A DNA stretch of 64,000 bases from Acidobacteriota bacterium (GCA_963664705.1 OY761556.1:3712001-3776000), one strand, 5' to 3'. Counted from the stretch's first letter, positions 1 to 9,120 are shown. Program-made: numbers and translations. Notes: generated from the sequence alone by a model not told the origin.

Positions 1-2170
1 GTATGCTATTCAGGTTCGTTGTATTGCCATAGGTTGCACTGGCGCCGTATTCCACCTGCGTGTCCGCGGCCTCATTCGTCGTCCATGTGATAGCAGCGCC
101 TGAACCTGTGATATTGATTGCGGCTACGTTGCTGATAACGGGGCCCGTTGTATCTTTCCCCATGGACGTGGTGAACGTATAATCACTGGAAATAGCCGGA
201 TTGCCGGCCGCATCGCTCGATTTTACGCGATAGTGATACTGCGTATTCGCTGTCAACCCACTCAAGCCTTGCGAGTGCGTTGTCGACAGCGTGGCATCCA
301 ACATCGTGCTGCTGCCATAGCTCGCGCTCGTTCCATATTCCACCTGCGAATTGGCCGCTTCATTGGTGGTCCATGTAATGGTCGCACTCGAACTGGCAAT
401 GCTTGTAGCCGTCACCGCGGTGATGACCGGCGCTGTTTTATCCTGAGTGGCGGAGGTGGTGAAGGTATAATCCCCCGATGTTGCAGGATTGCCGGCCGCA
501 TCGCTGGATTTCACGCGATAGTGATACAGCGTGTTGGCGGTCAAGCCGCTCAGGCTTTGGGAGTGGGAGGTTGCAAGCGTCGCATTCAGCGTAGTGCTGC
601 TGCCATAGCTCGTGCTTGTCCCGTACTCCACCTGTGTATTGGCCGCTTCGTTGGTAGTCCAGGTTATGGTTGCCCCTGAACTTGTGACGCTCGATGAGCT
701 CACACTGCTGATCGTTGGAGCAGTTGTGTCCGGCGAGGCAGATGTCGTAAATGTGTAATCGCCCGACGTTGCCGGATTGCCGGCCGCATCGCTGGACTTC
801 ACGCGATAGTGATACAGCGTGTTGGCGGTCAAGCCGCTCAGGCTTTGGGAGTGGGAGGTTGCAAGCGTCGCATTCAGCGTGGTGCTGCTGCCATAGCTCG
901 TGCTTGTTCCATACTCCACCTGTGTGTTGGCCGCTTCGTTGGTGGTCCAGGTTATGGTTGCCCCTGAACTTGTGACGCTCGATGAGCTCACACTGCTGAT
1001 CGTTGGAGCGGTTGTATCCGGCGTGGCAGACGTAGTGAATGTATAGTCACTGGATGTTCTCCCGTTACCGGAACCGTCACTGGATTTCACCCTGTAATGA
1101 TATAGGGTACCGGCAGTCAGGCCGCTCAGACCTTGGGAATGCGAAGTTACAAGCGAGGCATTCAGCGTGGTGCTGCTGCCATAGCTCGTGCTTGTTCCAT
1201 ACTCCACCTGCGTGTTGGCCGCTTCATTGGTGGTCCAGGTTATGGTTGCCCCTGAACTTGTGATGCTCGAAGAACTCACGTTGCTGATTGTCGGGGCGGT
1301 GGTATCCGGTGTGGTGGTGGTAGTAAAGGTATAGTCACCGGATGTTGCCGGGTTGCTCGACGCATCGCTGGATTTCACGCGATAGTGATACAACGTGCCG
1401 GCAGCCAGACCGCTCAGGCTTTGGGAATGCGAGGTCACCAGCGTGGCAATCAGGGTCGTGCTGCTGCCATAGCTCGCGCTCGTTCCATACTCTATCTGTG
1501 TTGTGGCTCCTTCATTAGTGGTCCAGGTAATGGTTGCACCCGTGCTGCTGATGCCGGAAGAAGTCACATTGCTGATCGTTGGAGGCGTGACATCCGCAGC
1601 CGCCGAGGTTGTAAAGGTGCAATCCCCGGAAGTTGCCGGATTGCCGGCGGCATCGCTGGATTTCACGCGATAGTGATACACCGTGCCGGCGGCCAGGCCG
1701 CTCAGGCTTTGGGAATGCGAGGTTACCAGCGTGGCATTCAGTGTTGTGCTGCTGCCATAGCTCGCGCTTGTTCCGTATTCCACCTGTGTGGTGGATCCTT
1801 CATTGGTGGACCAGGTAATGGTTGCACCTGTGCTGCTGATGCCGGCAGAGGTCACATTGGTGATCGTTGGAGGCGTGGTATCCGCAGCCGCCGAGGTTGT
1901 AAAGGTGTAATCACCGGAAGTTGCCGGATTGCCGGCGGCATCACTGGACTTGACGCGATAGTGATACAACGTGCCGGCCGTCAGACCGGTCAGACTCTGG
2001 GAATGCGAGGTTACCAGCGAAGAATTCAGGGTAATGGTGCCGTAACCGGTAGTGGTCCCGTATTCCACCTGCGTGGTAGCCGCTTCGTTGGTGGTCCAGG
2101 TAATCGTCGCCCCTGCGCTGGTGATGCTCGAGGAAGTCACACTGCTGATGGTTGGAGGTGTTGTGTCAGC
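1..2170 (-). repeat. Intragenic tandem repeat, ~288-bp period (FN3 units)
   Basis: W(T/S)TNE-coding motif recurs near 85, 370, 655, 945, 1230, 1520, 1810 and 2095; 493-720 and 781-1008 are almost identical at an offset of 288 bp. Confidence 0.9.
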
Positions 2171-2656
2171 CGTGGCCTGAACGGTAACGCTGCCGTTAGT
2201 TGAGGTTGTTGTAACAGCCGTGGCATTGGACGCGGACGCTACGACACCGGAGATTGTGACCGGAGTGGTGCCAGCCGAGGCGCTTCCCGAAATTGTGAGC
2301 TGAATATTGGCAACGGTTCCGGACCCGATTGAATTTGTGTTCAGCCCGAAGACAAGGATGCGCACGCCTCCCGTGATCGCATTGCCTTGAGCCTCTTTGT
2401 TTGCAGCGGTTGCAGCCGCTCCTGAAGAGGTACCCGAATAAGTCACGGAGGCGGAGAATGCCAGGTCGAATTGGAGCGTGCTTACGCTGGTGGTGCCAGC
2501 GGTGAACGCAACCGGCAGGGTAACGGTAGCGCCCGGTAGTCCCGAGGCAGTCCCGACTGTCACGGCAGCTGTTTGTGCCATCGCGCCTGTGCTGCAAAAT
2601 GTCAGCATTATCATTAACAGCGCGAAAAATGCGGAATAGTTGTATTTCCTATCCAT
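1..2656 (-). CDS. Secreted protein with N-terminal cohesin-like domain and at least 8 tandem ~96-aa fibronectin type III repeats (runs off the left edge, >885 aa)
   Basis: Absent from ORF track (no stop in window). Hand translation from ATG 2656: MDRKYNYSAFFALLMIMLTFCSTGAMA|QTAAVTVGTASGLPGATVTLPVAFTAGTTSVSTLQFDLAFSASVTY...VRILVFGLNTNSIGSGTVANIQLTISG (signal peptide + cohesin pattern), then repeats like DTTPPTISSV...ATITWTTNEAATTQVEYG...YHYRVKSSDAAGNPATSGDYTFTT. The same frame is in register at position 2. Confidence 0.9.
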   Translation of the reverse strand, partial: MDRKYNYSAFFALLMIMLTFCSTGAMAQTAAVTVGTASGLPGATVTLPVAFTAGTTSVSTLQFDLAFSASVTYSGTSSGAAATAANKEAQGNAITGGVRILVFGLNTNSIGSGTVANIQLTISGSASAGTTPVTISGVVASASNATAVTTTSTNGSVTVQATADTTPPTISSVTSSSITSAGATITWTTNEAATTQVEYGTTTGYGTITLNSSLVTSHSQSLTGLTAGTLYHYRVKSSDAAGNPATSGDYTFTTSAAADTTPPTITNVTSAGISSTGATITWSTNEGSTTQVEYGTSASYGSSTTLNATLVTSHSQSLSGLAAGTVYHYRVKSSDAAGNPATSGDCTFTTSAAADVTPPTISNVTSSGISSTGATITWTTNEGATTQIEYGTSASYGSSTTLIATLVTSHSQSLSGLAAGTLYHYRVKSSDASSNPATSGDYTFTTTTTPDTTAPTISNVSSSSITSSGATITWTTNEAANTQVEYGTSTSYGSSTTLNASLVTSHSQGLSGLTAGTLYHYRVKSSDGSGNGRTSSDYTFTTSATPDTTAPTISSVSSSSVTSSGATITWTTNEAANTQVEYGTSTSYGSSTTLNATLATSHSQSLSGLTANTLYHYRVKSSDAAGNPATSGDYTFTTSASPDTTAPTISSVSSSSVTSSGATITWTTNEAANTQVEYGTSTSYGSSTTLNATLATSHSQSLSGLTANTLYHYRVKSSDAAGNPATSGDYTFTTSATQDKTAPVITAVTATSIASSSATITWTTNEAANSQVEYGTSASYGSSTMLDATLSTTHSQGLSGLTANTQYHYRVKSSDAAGNPAISSDYTFTTSMGKDTTGPVISNVAAINITGSGAAITWTTNEAADTQVEYGASATYGNTTNLNSI

Positions 2657-2721
2657 ATCCGACCTTTTCACAGAGTGGTTTTTTCCAGGAAGAGCAGTAA
2701 GAGAGCGTTGATTGCGGGAGC

Positions 2722-3222
2722 TCATTGGCAGCTCCCCTGAGTCAAAATGGCGTTGTTGAGCAGCTGAAGATCGAGAACATTGATGGAACCGTCGCCGTTG
2801 AGGTCATAGATACCGCTGCCGGCTGATAGGATGACGTTAACGAGCAATTGAAGATCGAGCGCGTTTGTCAAGGAGTCCGCATTGAGGTCACATTTATTTG
2901 TAGGGGCACCAATGACTTGGGAAATTTCGTTGGAAAAATCACTCTCGTTCCCGATTGCGTCAAAGGCGGTGACCGCAAAGTAATAGGTCCCATTAGGAAG
3001 CCCGGAAACGGTGTAATTGGTTTGGTTTCCGATAGTGATTGGAGCGCCGTACGTGTGCGAACTATTACCGTAATAAACCTTGTATCCGGTGATGCCTGAG
3101 GAAGAGCTTGCATCCCATTCCAGTGCTACATCCGTGGCCAAAGCCGTGGCAGAACAGCAGAAAAGAAGCAGCAGAATCGGCAGCGTATGAAGGAAGCCAT
3201 CAAGGAAACGCCTGTTTTTCAT
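2722..3222 (-). CDS. Secreted FN3 + dockerin domain protein
   Basis: Signal peptide (LLLLFCCSATALA), FN3 (VALEWDAS..GYKVYYG..YTVSGL..GTYYFAVTAFDAIGNESDFS), duplicated Ca-loop/helix DLNADSLTNALDLQLL / DLNGDGSINVLDLQLL typical of dockerin. Confidence 0.88.
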   Translation of the reverse strand: MKNRRFLDGFLHTLPILLLLFCCSATALATDVALEWDASSSSGITGYKVYYGNSSHTYGAPITIGNQTNYTVSGLPNGTYYFAVTAFDAIGNESDFSNEISQVIGAPTNKCDLNADSLTNALDLQLLVNVILSAGSGIYDLNGDGSINVLDLQLLNNAILTQGSCQ

Positions 3223-3258
3223 ATTCCCTCTTCAATATTTATGGAGCAGAGGGAATAT
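3221..3258 (-). promoter_or_regulatory. Hairpin covering the RBS and start codon of the dockerin gene
   Basis: 11-bp perfect inverted repeat ATATTCCCTCT (3221-3231) / AGAGGGAATAT (3248-3258); on the minus-strand mRNA the downstream arm is AGAGGGAAUAU(G). Confidence 0.5.
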
Positions 3259-3364
3259 CGACGATTCCTTGAAACTAGGTGGTGACGGTCGTCACCAAAC
3301 ACCTCAAATACTCATTCGTTAGGACTCGGAAGGTTCGTTGCCGGAAGCACGAGCGCTCCAGCCA

Positions 3365-3393
3365 TTGACATAGTAGCTACAGGTAGCTACTAT
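3365..3393 (+). promoter_or_regulatory. Sigma-70 promoter with palindromic operator for the TA operon (leaderless)
   Basis: TTGACA 3365-3370, 17-bp spacer, TACTAT 3388-3393, ATG at 3400; palindrome TAGTAGCTAC-AG-GTAGCTACTA 3371-3392. Confidence 0.8.
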
Positions 3394-3399
3394 TATTCC

Positions 3400-3711
3400 A
3401 TGAAAAAACCTCTTAAAACCGTCGGCGTCAAGGAGCTTAAAAACAACCTCAGCTCTTATCTCCGTGAGGTCCGCGGCGGTGCCAGCGTTCTTGTCACTGA
3501 TCGCAACAATATTGTCGCAGAATTGCACGAACCCTATACCCGGCCTGACATTGCCGGCTCTGTTCATCCGCTGCTGCTGTCGTGGGCGGAATCGGGATCC
3601 ATAAGGCTCCCATTGGCAGGCAAGGAGCCTCTTGCTCTTCCCGGCCTTCGGAATCCGGTTGGGACTGTGAAGTCAATATTGGAAAATGACCGAAAGGAAT
3701 CCGGCGATTGA
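3400..3711 (+). CDS. Type II antitoxin, Phd/YefM family
   Basis: KTVGVKELKNNLSSYLREVRGGASVLVTDRNNIVAEL Phd signature; stop overlaps the PIN gene start. Confidence 0.9.
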   Translation: MKKPLKTVGVKELKNNLSSYLREVRGGASVLVTDRNNIVAELHEPYTRPDIAGSVHPLLLSWAESGSIRLPLAGKEPLALPGLRNPVGTVKSILENDRKESGD

Positions 3712-4145
3712 GAACCATTTATTTTGAAACTTCGGCACTCCTGGCATGGCTGCTGGGCGAACCTGCGGCCGGAGAAGTGAAGTCGCACATTGACAACGCT
3801 CAATCGGTAGCAACATCCTGCTTAACGCTTCTCGAGGCGGAAAGAGCTTTGATTAGAGGAGAGATTCAAGGTGTGTTGACTGCCAGCGACGCCGAAAAAT
3901 TGCGTGGACTCCTGGCAAGGGCGCAATCGGGGTGGGTACTGATGGAGATTTGCGAAGAAGTGCGGATGCGGGCAAGCCGATTCTTCCCCTCAGAACCCAT
4001 ACGAACACTGGATGCCATTCACCTGGCAACAGCACTGGTGTTCACCCGGGTATTCCCCGCGCTGGAGATTCTCAGCTACGACAGGCGCATCGCAAAGAAC
4101 GCGGCAGCCCTCGGCATTCCAACAACAATCAAGCTTCCCGCGTAA
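3708..4145 (+). CDS. vapC: Type II toxin, VapC family PIN ribonuclease
   Basis: YFETSALL...LTLLEAERAL...IRTLDAIHLATA...SYDRRI PIN motifs; TTG start coupled to the antitoxin stop. Confidence 0.88.
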   Translation: MRTIYFETSALLAWLLGEPAAGEVKSHIDNAQSVATSCLTLLEAERALIRGEIQGVLTASDAEKLRGLLARAQSGWVLMEICEEVRMRASRFFPSEPIRTLDAIHLATALVFTRVFPALEILSYDRRIAKNAAALGIPTTIKLPA

Positions 4146-4422
4146 TCGGCAGCTCAAAGAACACTGCCTTCGCAACGTAACAATTAGTCACAGAATTTTA
4201 ACAATTGCCAACCAGGATTGTGTGCTAGAATGCAGTTGTTCGAAGGGGCAGACGAGAGGAATCCGGCTAGGGAAAAAACGGTGAGGGAAATTCCCTAGCA
4301 GGATTGTTGCGTCTGCCCTGATTTGTTTTTACCGACTATTTCCAACCGCCGAAGTAATTTTCCTGCAGACTTCAGACCAATCCGATCTCACTGCCTACTA
4401 GCTACTGCCTACTGCCTCTCAA

Positions 4423-5802
4423 CTAACTTCCCTTTTTTACCAATACGGTTTTTACCGTTTCCATCAGGATAAGGCCATCCAGAACCCACGACATATTCTT
4501 AATGTAGAATAAATCGTACTGGAGCTTTTCAACCGTGTGATCCAGCGTGTTTGCGTAGCCATAGTTTATCTGGGCCCAACCGGTAACTCCGGGCTTGACA
4601 ACATGGCGCAGTGGATAAAACGGGATGGACTCCGATAATTGCTGTACGAAGTGAGGCCGCTCCGGTCGTGGCCCGACCAGACTCATATCGCCGCGCAGAA
4701 CATTCCAGAGCTGTGGCAACTCGTCAAGACGCGTCGCCCTCATGATTCGGCCGACACGGGTGACCCGTGGGTCGTTTTCGGTGCTCCAGACAGGCCCCGT
4801 TTGAGTCTCAGCATCCTGACGCATGGACCGAAACTTGATCAGAGTGAAATTCTTCCCATCCTGACCTACTCTTTCCTGTTTATAGAAGACCGGTCCTTTC
4901 GAATCCAGTTTGACCATGATCATGAGCAACAGGATGACCGGCCAAAGCAACAGGAGCCCTATGGCCGAGATGAGCACGGAAAGAATCCGTTTTTCGGTCA
5001 ACATCCGTCTGGAAACACTGAATCCGCTGTTGAATACCATCCAGCTTGGCTTCAGATTCTCAATTGGGATCTTTCCAGCCACGCGTTCATAAAAGGTAGT
5101 AGCCTCCTCGACAGCAACGCCTCGCGTTTTGAAATCGAGGAGTTCTTTGATGGGAAGCTTCCCTCTCCGATCCTGCAATCCCACCACAATTCGGTCGACC
5201 TTGTGCTTGGCAACCAAATCCGAGAGATCTTCATAAAGACCGATCACCTTCGGGTTGACGATGGATACTCCAACCAGTTCGGGACTATCGCCAACAAACC
5301 CGACAACCTTGATTCCCAGATCCGGGTGTTTCAGGATTTCCCGAACCGCCTCACGCGCCAGGTTCCCGGTCCCCAACACCAACAGGTTTGTCCGGGGCGT
5401 TCTGATCCCGAGGTAAAGCCGGAGGATCGTATGCCAGATGAGCAGAAAGACTGTGCTCAGCAGAAGGCTGATGCCGAAGACTCCCCGGCCAAGCATGGCA
5501 TCGGGAGCCGCAAAGTTCAGCACACTGAGCGCAAGAGTAGCCATTAAAAGAGCCTGGCATATGCGGATGACGTATTCTTTAGAGGCACGCGCCTGACGGA
5601 ACTCGTAAATATCGTTTAAGTGCAGGAAAAGTTGAAAGATGGCAGCAACCAGAAGCGCCTGAAGCATGAAATGCTTAGGGGCGCCGGGCATAAATGGCGA
5701 GCTGCCGATGCGGACATAGTACGCCCCGAAAACACACCACATGATCAGCAGCGTTTCGGCAAACACCGCCCCAAGTTTCCGCAATGCCAGATATCGCCAC
5801 AT
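4423..5802 (-). CDS. Priming polyprenyl-phosphate sugar transferase, PEP-CTERM system type (TIGR03013-like)
   Basis: N-terminal TM helices, CoA-binding-like middle, C-terminal [57 protein letters not shown]. Confidence 0.93.
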   Translation of the reverse strand: MWRYLALRKLGAVFAETLLIMWCVFGAYYVRIGSSPFMPGAPKHFMLQALLVAAIFQLFLHLNDIYEFRQARASKEYVIRICQALLMATLALSVLNFAAPDAMLGRGVFGISLLLSTVFLLIWHTILRLYLGIRTPRTNLLVLGTGNLAREAVREILKHPDLGIKVVGFVGDSPELVGVSIVNPKVIGLYEDLSDLVAKHKVDRIVVGLQDRRGKLPIKELLDFKTRGVAVEEATTFYERVAGKIPIENLKPSWMVFNSGFSVSRRMLTEKRILSVLISAIGLLLLWPVILLLMIMVKLDSKGPVFYKQERVGQDGKNFTLIKFRSMRQDAETQTGPVWSTENDPRVTRVGRIMRATRLDELPQLWNVLRGDMSLVGPRPERPHFVQQLSESIPFYPLRHVVKPGVTGWAQINYGYANTLDHTVEKLQYDLFYIKNMSWVLDGLILMETVKTVLVKKGS

Positions 5803-6020
5803 AGAATTCGCTATCGACCCTGAATAAACGTACGGCTACTCTATCGACAAAACGAGCGCGAATCTGTTGAGAAATTGTTGCGCCCGGCCATGTTTGCCGG
5901 ACCCTTGTGCACTGCTGCCATCAGGAGGCTCGGCCAATAGTTTTTCAAGACTGTGGATGAGGGAGTGTCTATTCTAGGTAGTTATTACAAACCATGTCAA
6001 TAAGAACATGGAAGTTTCTT

Positions 6021-6049
6021 TTGCCCTAAACCGTCGCAAGCGGTACCAT
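6021..6049 (+). promoter_or_regulatory. Probable sigma-70 promoter giving a leaderless transcript
   Basis: TTGCCC 6021-6026, 17 bp, TACCAT 6044-6049, GTG start at 6057, no SD in between. Confidence 0.5.
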
Positions 6050-6056
6050 TGGCGCC

Positions 6057-6632
6057 GTGAGTTTGCGATCAGGAATTGCCCAGTCTGTTTACGACTATCT
6101 GGATGTAGGGAAATCCCCAAGGCCGGCTGACTGCATCTTTGTCCTGGCAGGCAAGCAGGAGAGAAAGACTTACGGAATCAAGATGTGGCGCTTCGGGTAT
6201 GCCCCCCAGCTGGTATTGAGCATCGGCAGGTTTGAGTGGCGGAAATATGGCGAACTGGGGCTTGAATCGGATGGAGGGCTTGACGACCAGAAAGAAAGAA
6301 TCCCACCGAAAAAGCGGCATTTTTTTGTGCGATTGGATCGACAGGACACGGTCTGCACCCCGATTCGGAAAGGATTTTTCGGTACCCGGACGGAGGCCCG
6401 GGAATTTGCCCGATATAGCCGCGATTTGTCGATACGATCGCTGCTGATAGTCTCCTCGCCGGTACACCTGCGAAGAGTGGCCCTCGTCTTCCGACGTGCC
6501 TTTCGCAAAAGCGGGATTCAGCTCACATTCGTTGCCATGCCGGAGAAACCCGATTTCAATTCCTCCCCCGCCCGCTCCGAAACCTGGTCTGAGATTAGAA
6601 AATATCTCCTGTACCGCTGGCTCGCCTTTTAG
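6057..6632 (+). CDS. YdcF/ElyC (DUF218) family protein
   Basis: ADCIFVLAG..ER, TRTEA, LLIVSSPVHLRR, SEIRKYLLY motifs. Confidence 0.8.
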   Translation: MSLRSGIAQSVYDYLDVGKSPRPADCIFVLAGKQERKTYGIKMWRFGYAPQLVLSIGRFEWRKYGELGLESDGGLDDQKERIPPKKRHFFVRLDRQDTVCTPIRKGFFGTRTEAREFARYSRDLSIRSLLIVSSPVHLRRVALVFRRAFRKSGIQLTFVAMPEKPDFNSSPARSETWSEIRKYLLYRWLAF

Positions 6633-6700
6633 CCACGAATTCCATATTCCTTTTATTCCTTTTGTGTAATTCGTGCAATTAGTGGCAGAATCTTTTTCAA

Positions 6701-8743
6701 ATGCGGATCATCCTATCAGTGCTTTTATCGTTAGCACTTATTCCATCCATCCGCCAAAGGCCGGAGTGGAATAGATTTATTATCTTCGTCTGGCAGTACC
6801 AGACTGACGTTCTCCGCGACAAAGCACTCTACGAACAAGCGGGGCTCCATGCCTTCCATATTGACCGCGGCGACGGCGAGGACGAACTCGTCAAATTTTC
6901 AATCAAGAACAATTTTCCATATTATGTCGACCACGCCGCAGGAAAAGGCATTCTTTATCTTTCCAACTCGCTGCGCCCCCAGGTAACCGGAAAACGCGAT
7001 TTACTCATTCGCCCCCGTAGTCTTGCCGACCCAAACGTCATCAAGGAATTACAAGACCTGCTTCGCGCTAATATTTCCACCACGCAAAAGGGACTTGCTT
7101 ATGCATACGCCTTCGATGATGAGATCTCGCTGGGTTCATTCAACTCTCCTGCCGAGGTAGACGTTCACCCGCTATCCATTGCCCGGTATCACCAATGGCT
7201 TTCCGAGCGCTACGGCACGATTGCGCGACTAAATGCGTCTTGGGGTACATCCTACGAATCTTTCAACGATGTCCAACCGGTCAGCTTTGAAGACGTCCGC
7301 AAATCCGCCAATTCTCCTCCCTTCGCGAATTGGAATCTTTCGCGCTGGATGGAGTGGCGCCATTTTATGGACTATCAGTTTGCGAAGGTTCTCTCTGACC
7401 TGACCCAGTATGCAAATAAGCTGGATCCCCGAATTCCGGCAGGCTTTGTGGGCGGACAACAACCCTCGGCCTACGGGGGCTACGACTATGCCTATCTCAG
7501 CCGGGCGGTTCAATGGATGGAGGGGTCGGATGAATTGCTGCGGTCTTTCTGGAATCGTCCGCGGCGCCCACATGTTCAGACCTATAATATTACCGGTTCA
7601 GTCACAAGAGATACCTGGACACTCTGGTACCGCCTGGCTCACGGCGATCAGGCTGGGATTGCCTGGCCGGATGGCTGGTTTCGCACCGATTCATTGACCG
7701 GCAAGCGAATGCTGACAAAGGAAATCCAGGAACTTGCGCCGGTTTTTCGCGAAATTCAGGGCCCGGCAAGCGAATTTATCGTGAATCCGGACACCCATCT
7801 CGAGACCGATCCCATAGGGATTTACTATTCGCATCCCAGCATTCGGGCCGGGTGGGTAATGGATAGCATAACCCATGGCAGTACCTGGCCCAATCGCGCC
7901 TCCAGCCTTGATGATGAGAATTCGTCCTCGGCTCATCTCCGTTCCTCGTGGTGCCGACTGCTCGAGGATCTGGGGTATCAGTATGATTTCATAAGCTATC
8001 TGGACGTCCAGGAAAAAAAGATTGATTTGAATCAGCGTTTTAAGGTGATCGTCCTCCCACAGACCATTTGCCTCTCCGACGTTGAAGTTGAAGCACTGAG
8101 GTCATTTGTAAAATCCGGAGGAATTCTGATCGCGGACGATCTTACAGGCTTACTGACAGACACAGGACGCGGACGCAAACAGGGGGCTTTGGATGATCTC
8201 TTCGGAATTGTCCGTGACGAGTCCAAGGGATACCTGGACGGGAGAGGATTGACCGAGATCGACGCGGAATATGGAAACAAACCATTTCAGGATCGGCTTC
8301 GAGCCTATCCGGGGTCTCTGCACAAAGGACCACTGGTTGTTTTTGAAAGAGGCACGCAACAGAAAATCCAAAACAGCAGGGCAATTTACCTAAACCTGAC
8401 CCCGCTGGCTTATGAACACTGGCGGAATGATCGTCCGGGGCAAGAGTGGCGTACGCTGATAGGAAACACGCTGAAGGAATTGGGAGTGCCGCCTCGTATA
8501 ATGACGAATTTGCCCTTTGTGGAATCGCTGCTTTGGCGAAATGGCGATCGGTATGTGCTCGCCATTGTAAAAAACAGCGAGGGAGAGACTCAACGAACCG
8601 GGCAACAGATTCGTATTCAACTGGGAATAGATGCAAAAAATATCAGAAACATCCGAACCGGAAAGGCGTTAGCCGGGCCAGACTTTACAGACGAATTCAA
8701 TCCCTGCGAGGCAAATCTCTATGGTTTTACGGGGCCCAGGTAA
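6701..8743 (+). CDS. GH42-like glycoside hydrolase with beta-galactosidase trimerisation-type domain, probably exported
   Basis: WLSERYGTIARLNASWGTSY.SF GH42-like segment, AFDDEIS, and FKVIVLPQTICLSD..LRSFVKSGGILIAD; hydrophobic N-terminus. Confidence 0.7.
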   Translation: MRIILSVLLSLALIPSIRQRPEWNRFIIFVWQYQTDVLRDKALYEQAGLHAFHIDRGDGEDELVKFSIKNNFPYYVDHAAGKGILYLSNSLRPQVTGKRDLLIRPRSLADPNVIKELQDLLRANISTTQKGLAYAYAFDDEISLGSFNSPAEVDVHPLSIARYHQWLSERYGTIARLNASWGTSYESFNDVQPVSFEDVRKSANSPPFANWNLSRWMEWRHFMDYQFAKVLSDLTQYANKLDPRIPAGFVGGQQPSAYGGYDYAYLSRAVQWMEGSDELLRSFWNRPRRPHVQTYNITGSVTRDTWTLWYRLAHGDQAGIAWPDGWFRTDSLTGKRMLTKEIQELAPVFREIQGPASEFIVNPDTHLETDPIGIYYSHPSIRAGWVMDSITHGSTWPNRASSLDDENSSSAHLRSSWCRLLEDLGYQYDFISYLDVQEKKIDLNQRFKVIVLPQTICLSDVEVEALRSFVKSGGILIADDLTGLLTDTGRGRKQGALDDLFGIVRDESKGYLDGRGLTEIDAEYGNKPFQDRLRAYPGSLHKGPLVVFERGTQQKIQNSRAIYLNLTPLAYEHWRNDRPGQEWRTLIGNTLKELGVPPRIMTNLPFVESLLWRNGDRYVLAIVKNSEGETQRTGQQIRIQLGIDAKNIRNIRTGKALAGPDFTDEFNPCEANLYGFTGPR

Positions 8744-8816
8744 TTTTTTCGCTCCGGGCCTTGTGGGTTTGGTATTCGGGACCCAATGCATGCCCATATA
8801 TTTGCCCTAAAACAGT

Positions 8817-8845
8817 TTGCCCAATTAGGGGACAAGATCTAAAAT
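8817..8845 (+). promoter_or_regulatory. Probable sigma-70 promoter of the small membrane protein gene
   Basis: TTGCCC 8817-8822, 17 bp, TAAAAT 8840-8845. Confidence 0.55.
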
Positions 8846-8875
8846 CGCACCACACTCTCTATCCTGGAGGACAAA

Positions 8876-9076
8876 GTGAAAAATTACGGCACGGCAAGTC
8901 AAGTCTTCTTGTTGTTGGCTTTATTGGGCTGGATCGGTTGGATTGCAACGAGGTTTACAGGGCCGGTTTTCAGGATTTCCTACGAGGGATTTCTTGCCTT
9001 TACGAATACATGCCTGCTTTTTGCTATTGCCGCCAGTCTGATCGGACTGGGACTATCCCAGAAGAAAGCAGAATAG
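8876..9076 (+). CDS. Small two-TM membrane protein of unknown function
   Basis: GGAGG SD before GTG, two hydrophobic segments, basic tail. Confidence 0.7.
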   Translation: MKNYGTASQVFLLLALLGWIGWIATRFTGPVFRISYEGFLAFTNTCLLFAIAASLIGLGLSQKKAE

Positions 9077-9090
9077 GAAATTTAGAAAAG

Positions 9091-9120
9091 TTGACACCTA
9101 AGCATCCTTGCGCTTAGAAT
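9091..9120 (+). promoter_or_regulatory. Probable sigma-70 promoter of the peptide-PqqD-kinase-NTase operon
   Basis: TTGACA 9091-9096, 18 bp, TAGAAT 9115-9120. Confidence 0.55.

Noticed and set aside
233-2203. Plus-strand repetitive Arg/Cys/Gly-rich ORFs (233-679, 751-975, 1039-1263, 1385-2203)
   Set aside because: Antisense shadows of the minus-strand cohesin-FN3 gene; their repetition mirrors the FN3 units.
1-3222. True cellulosome scaffoldin
   Set aside because: Only one cohesin is visible, there is no CBM3, and the dockerin protein has no glycoside hydrolase domain.
4639-5547. Long antisense ORFs such as 4639-5547, 23012-24031 and 49653-50456
   Set aside because: They fully overlap well-supported genes on the opposite strand and show no recognisable motifs.
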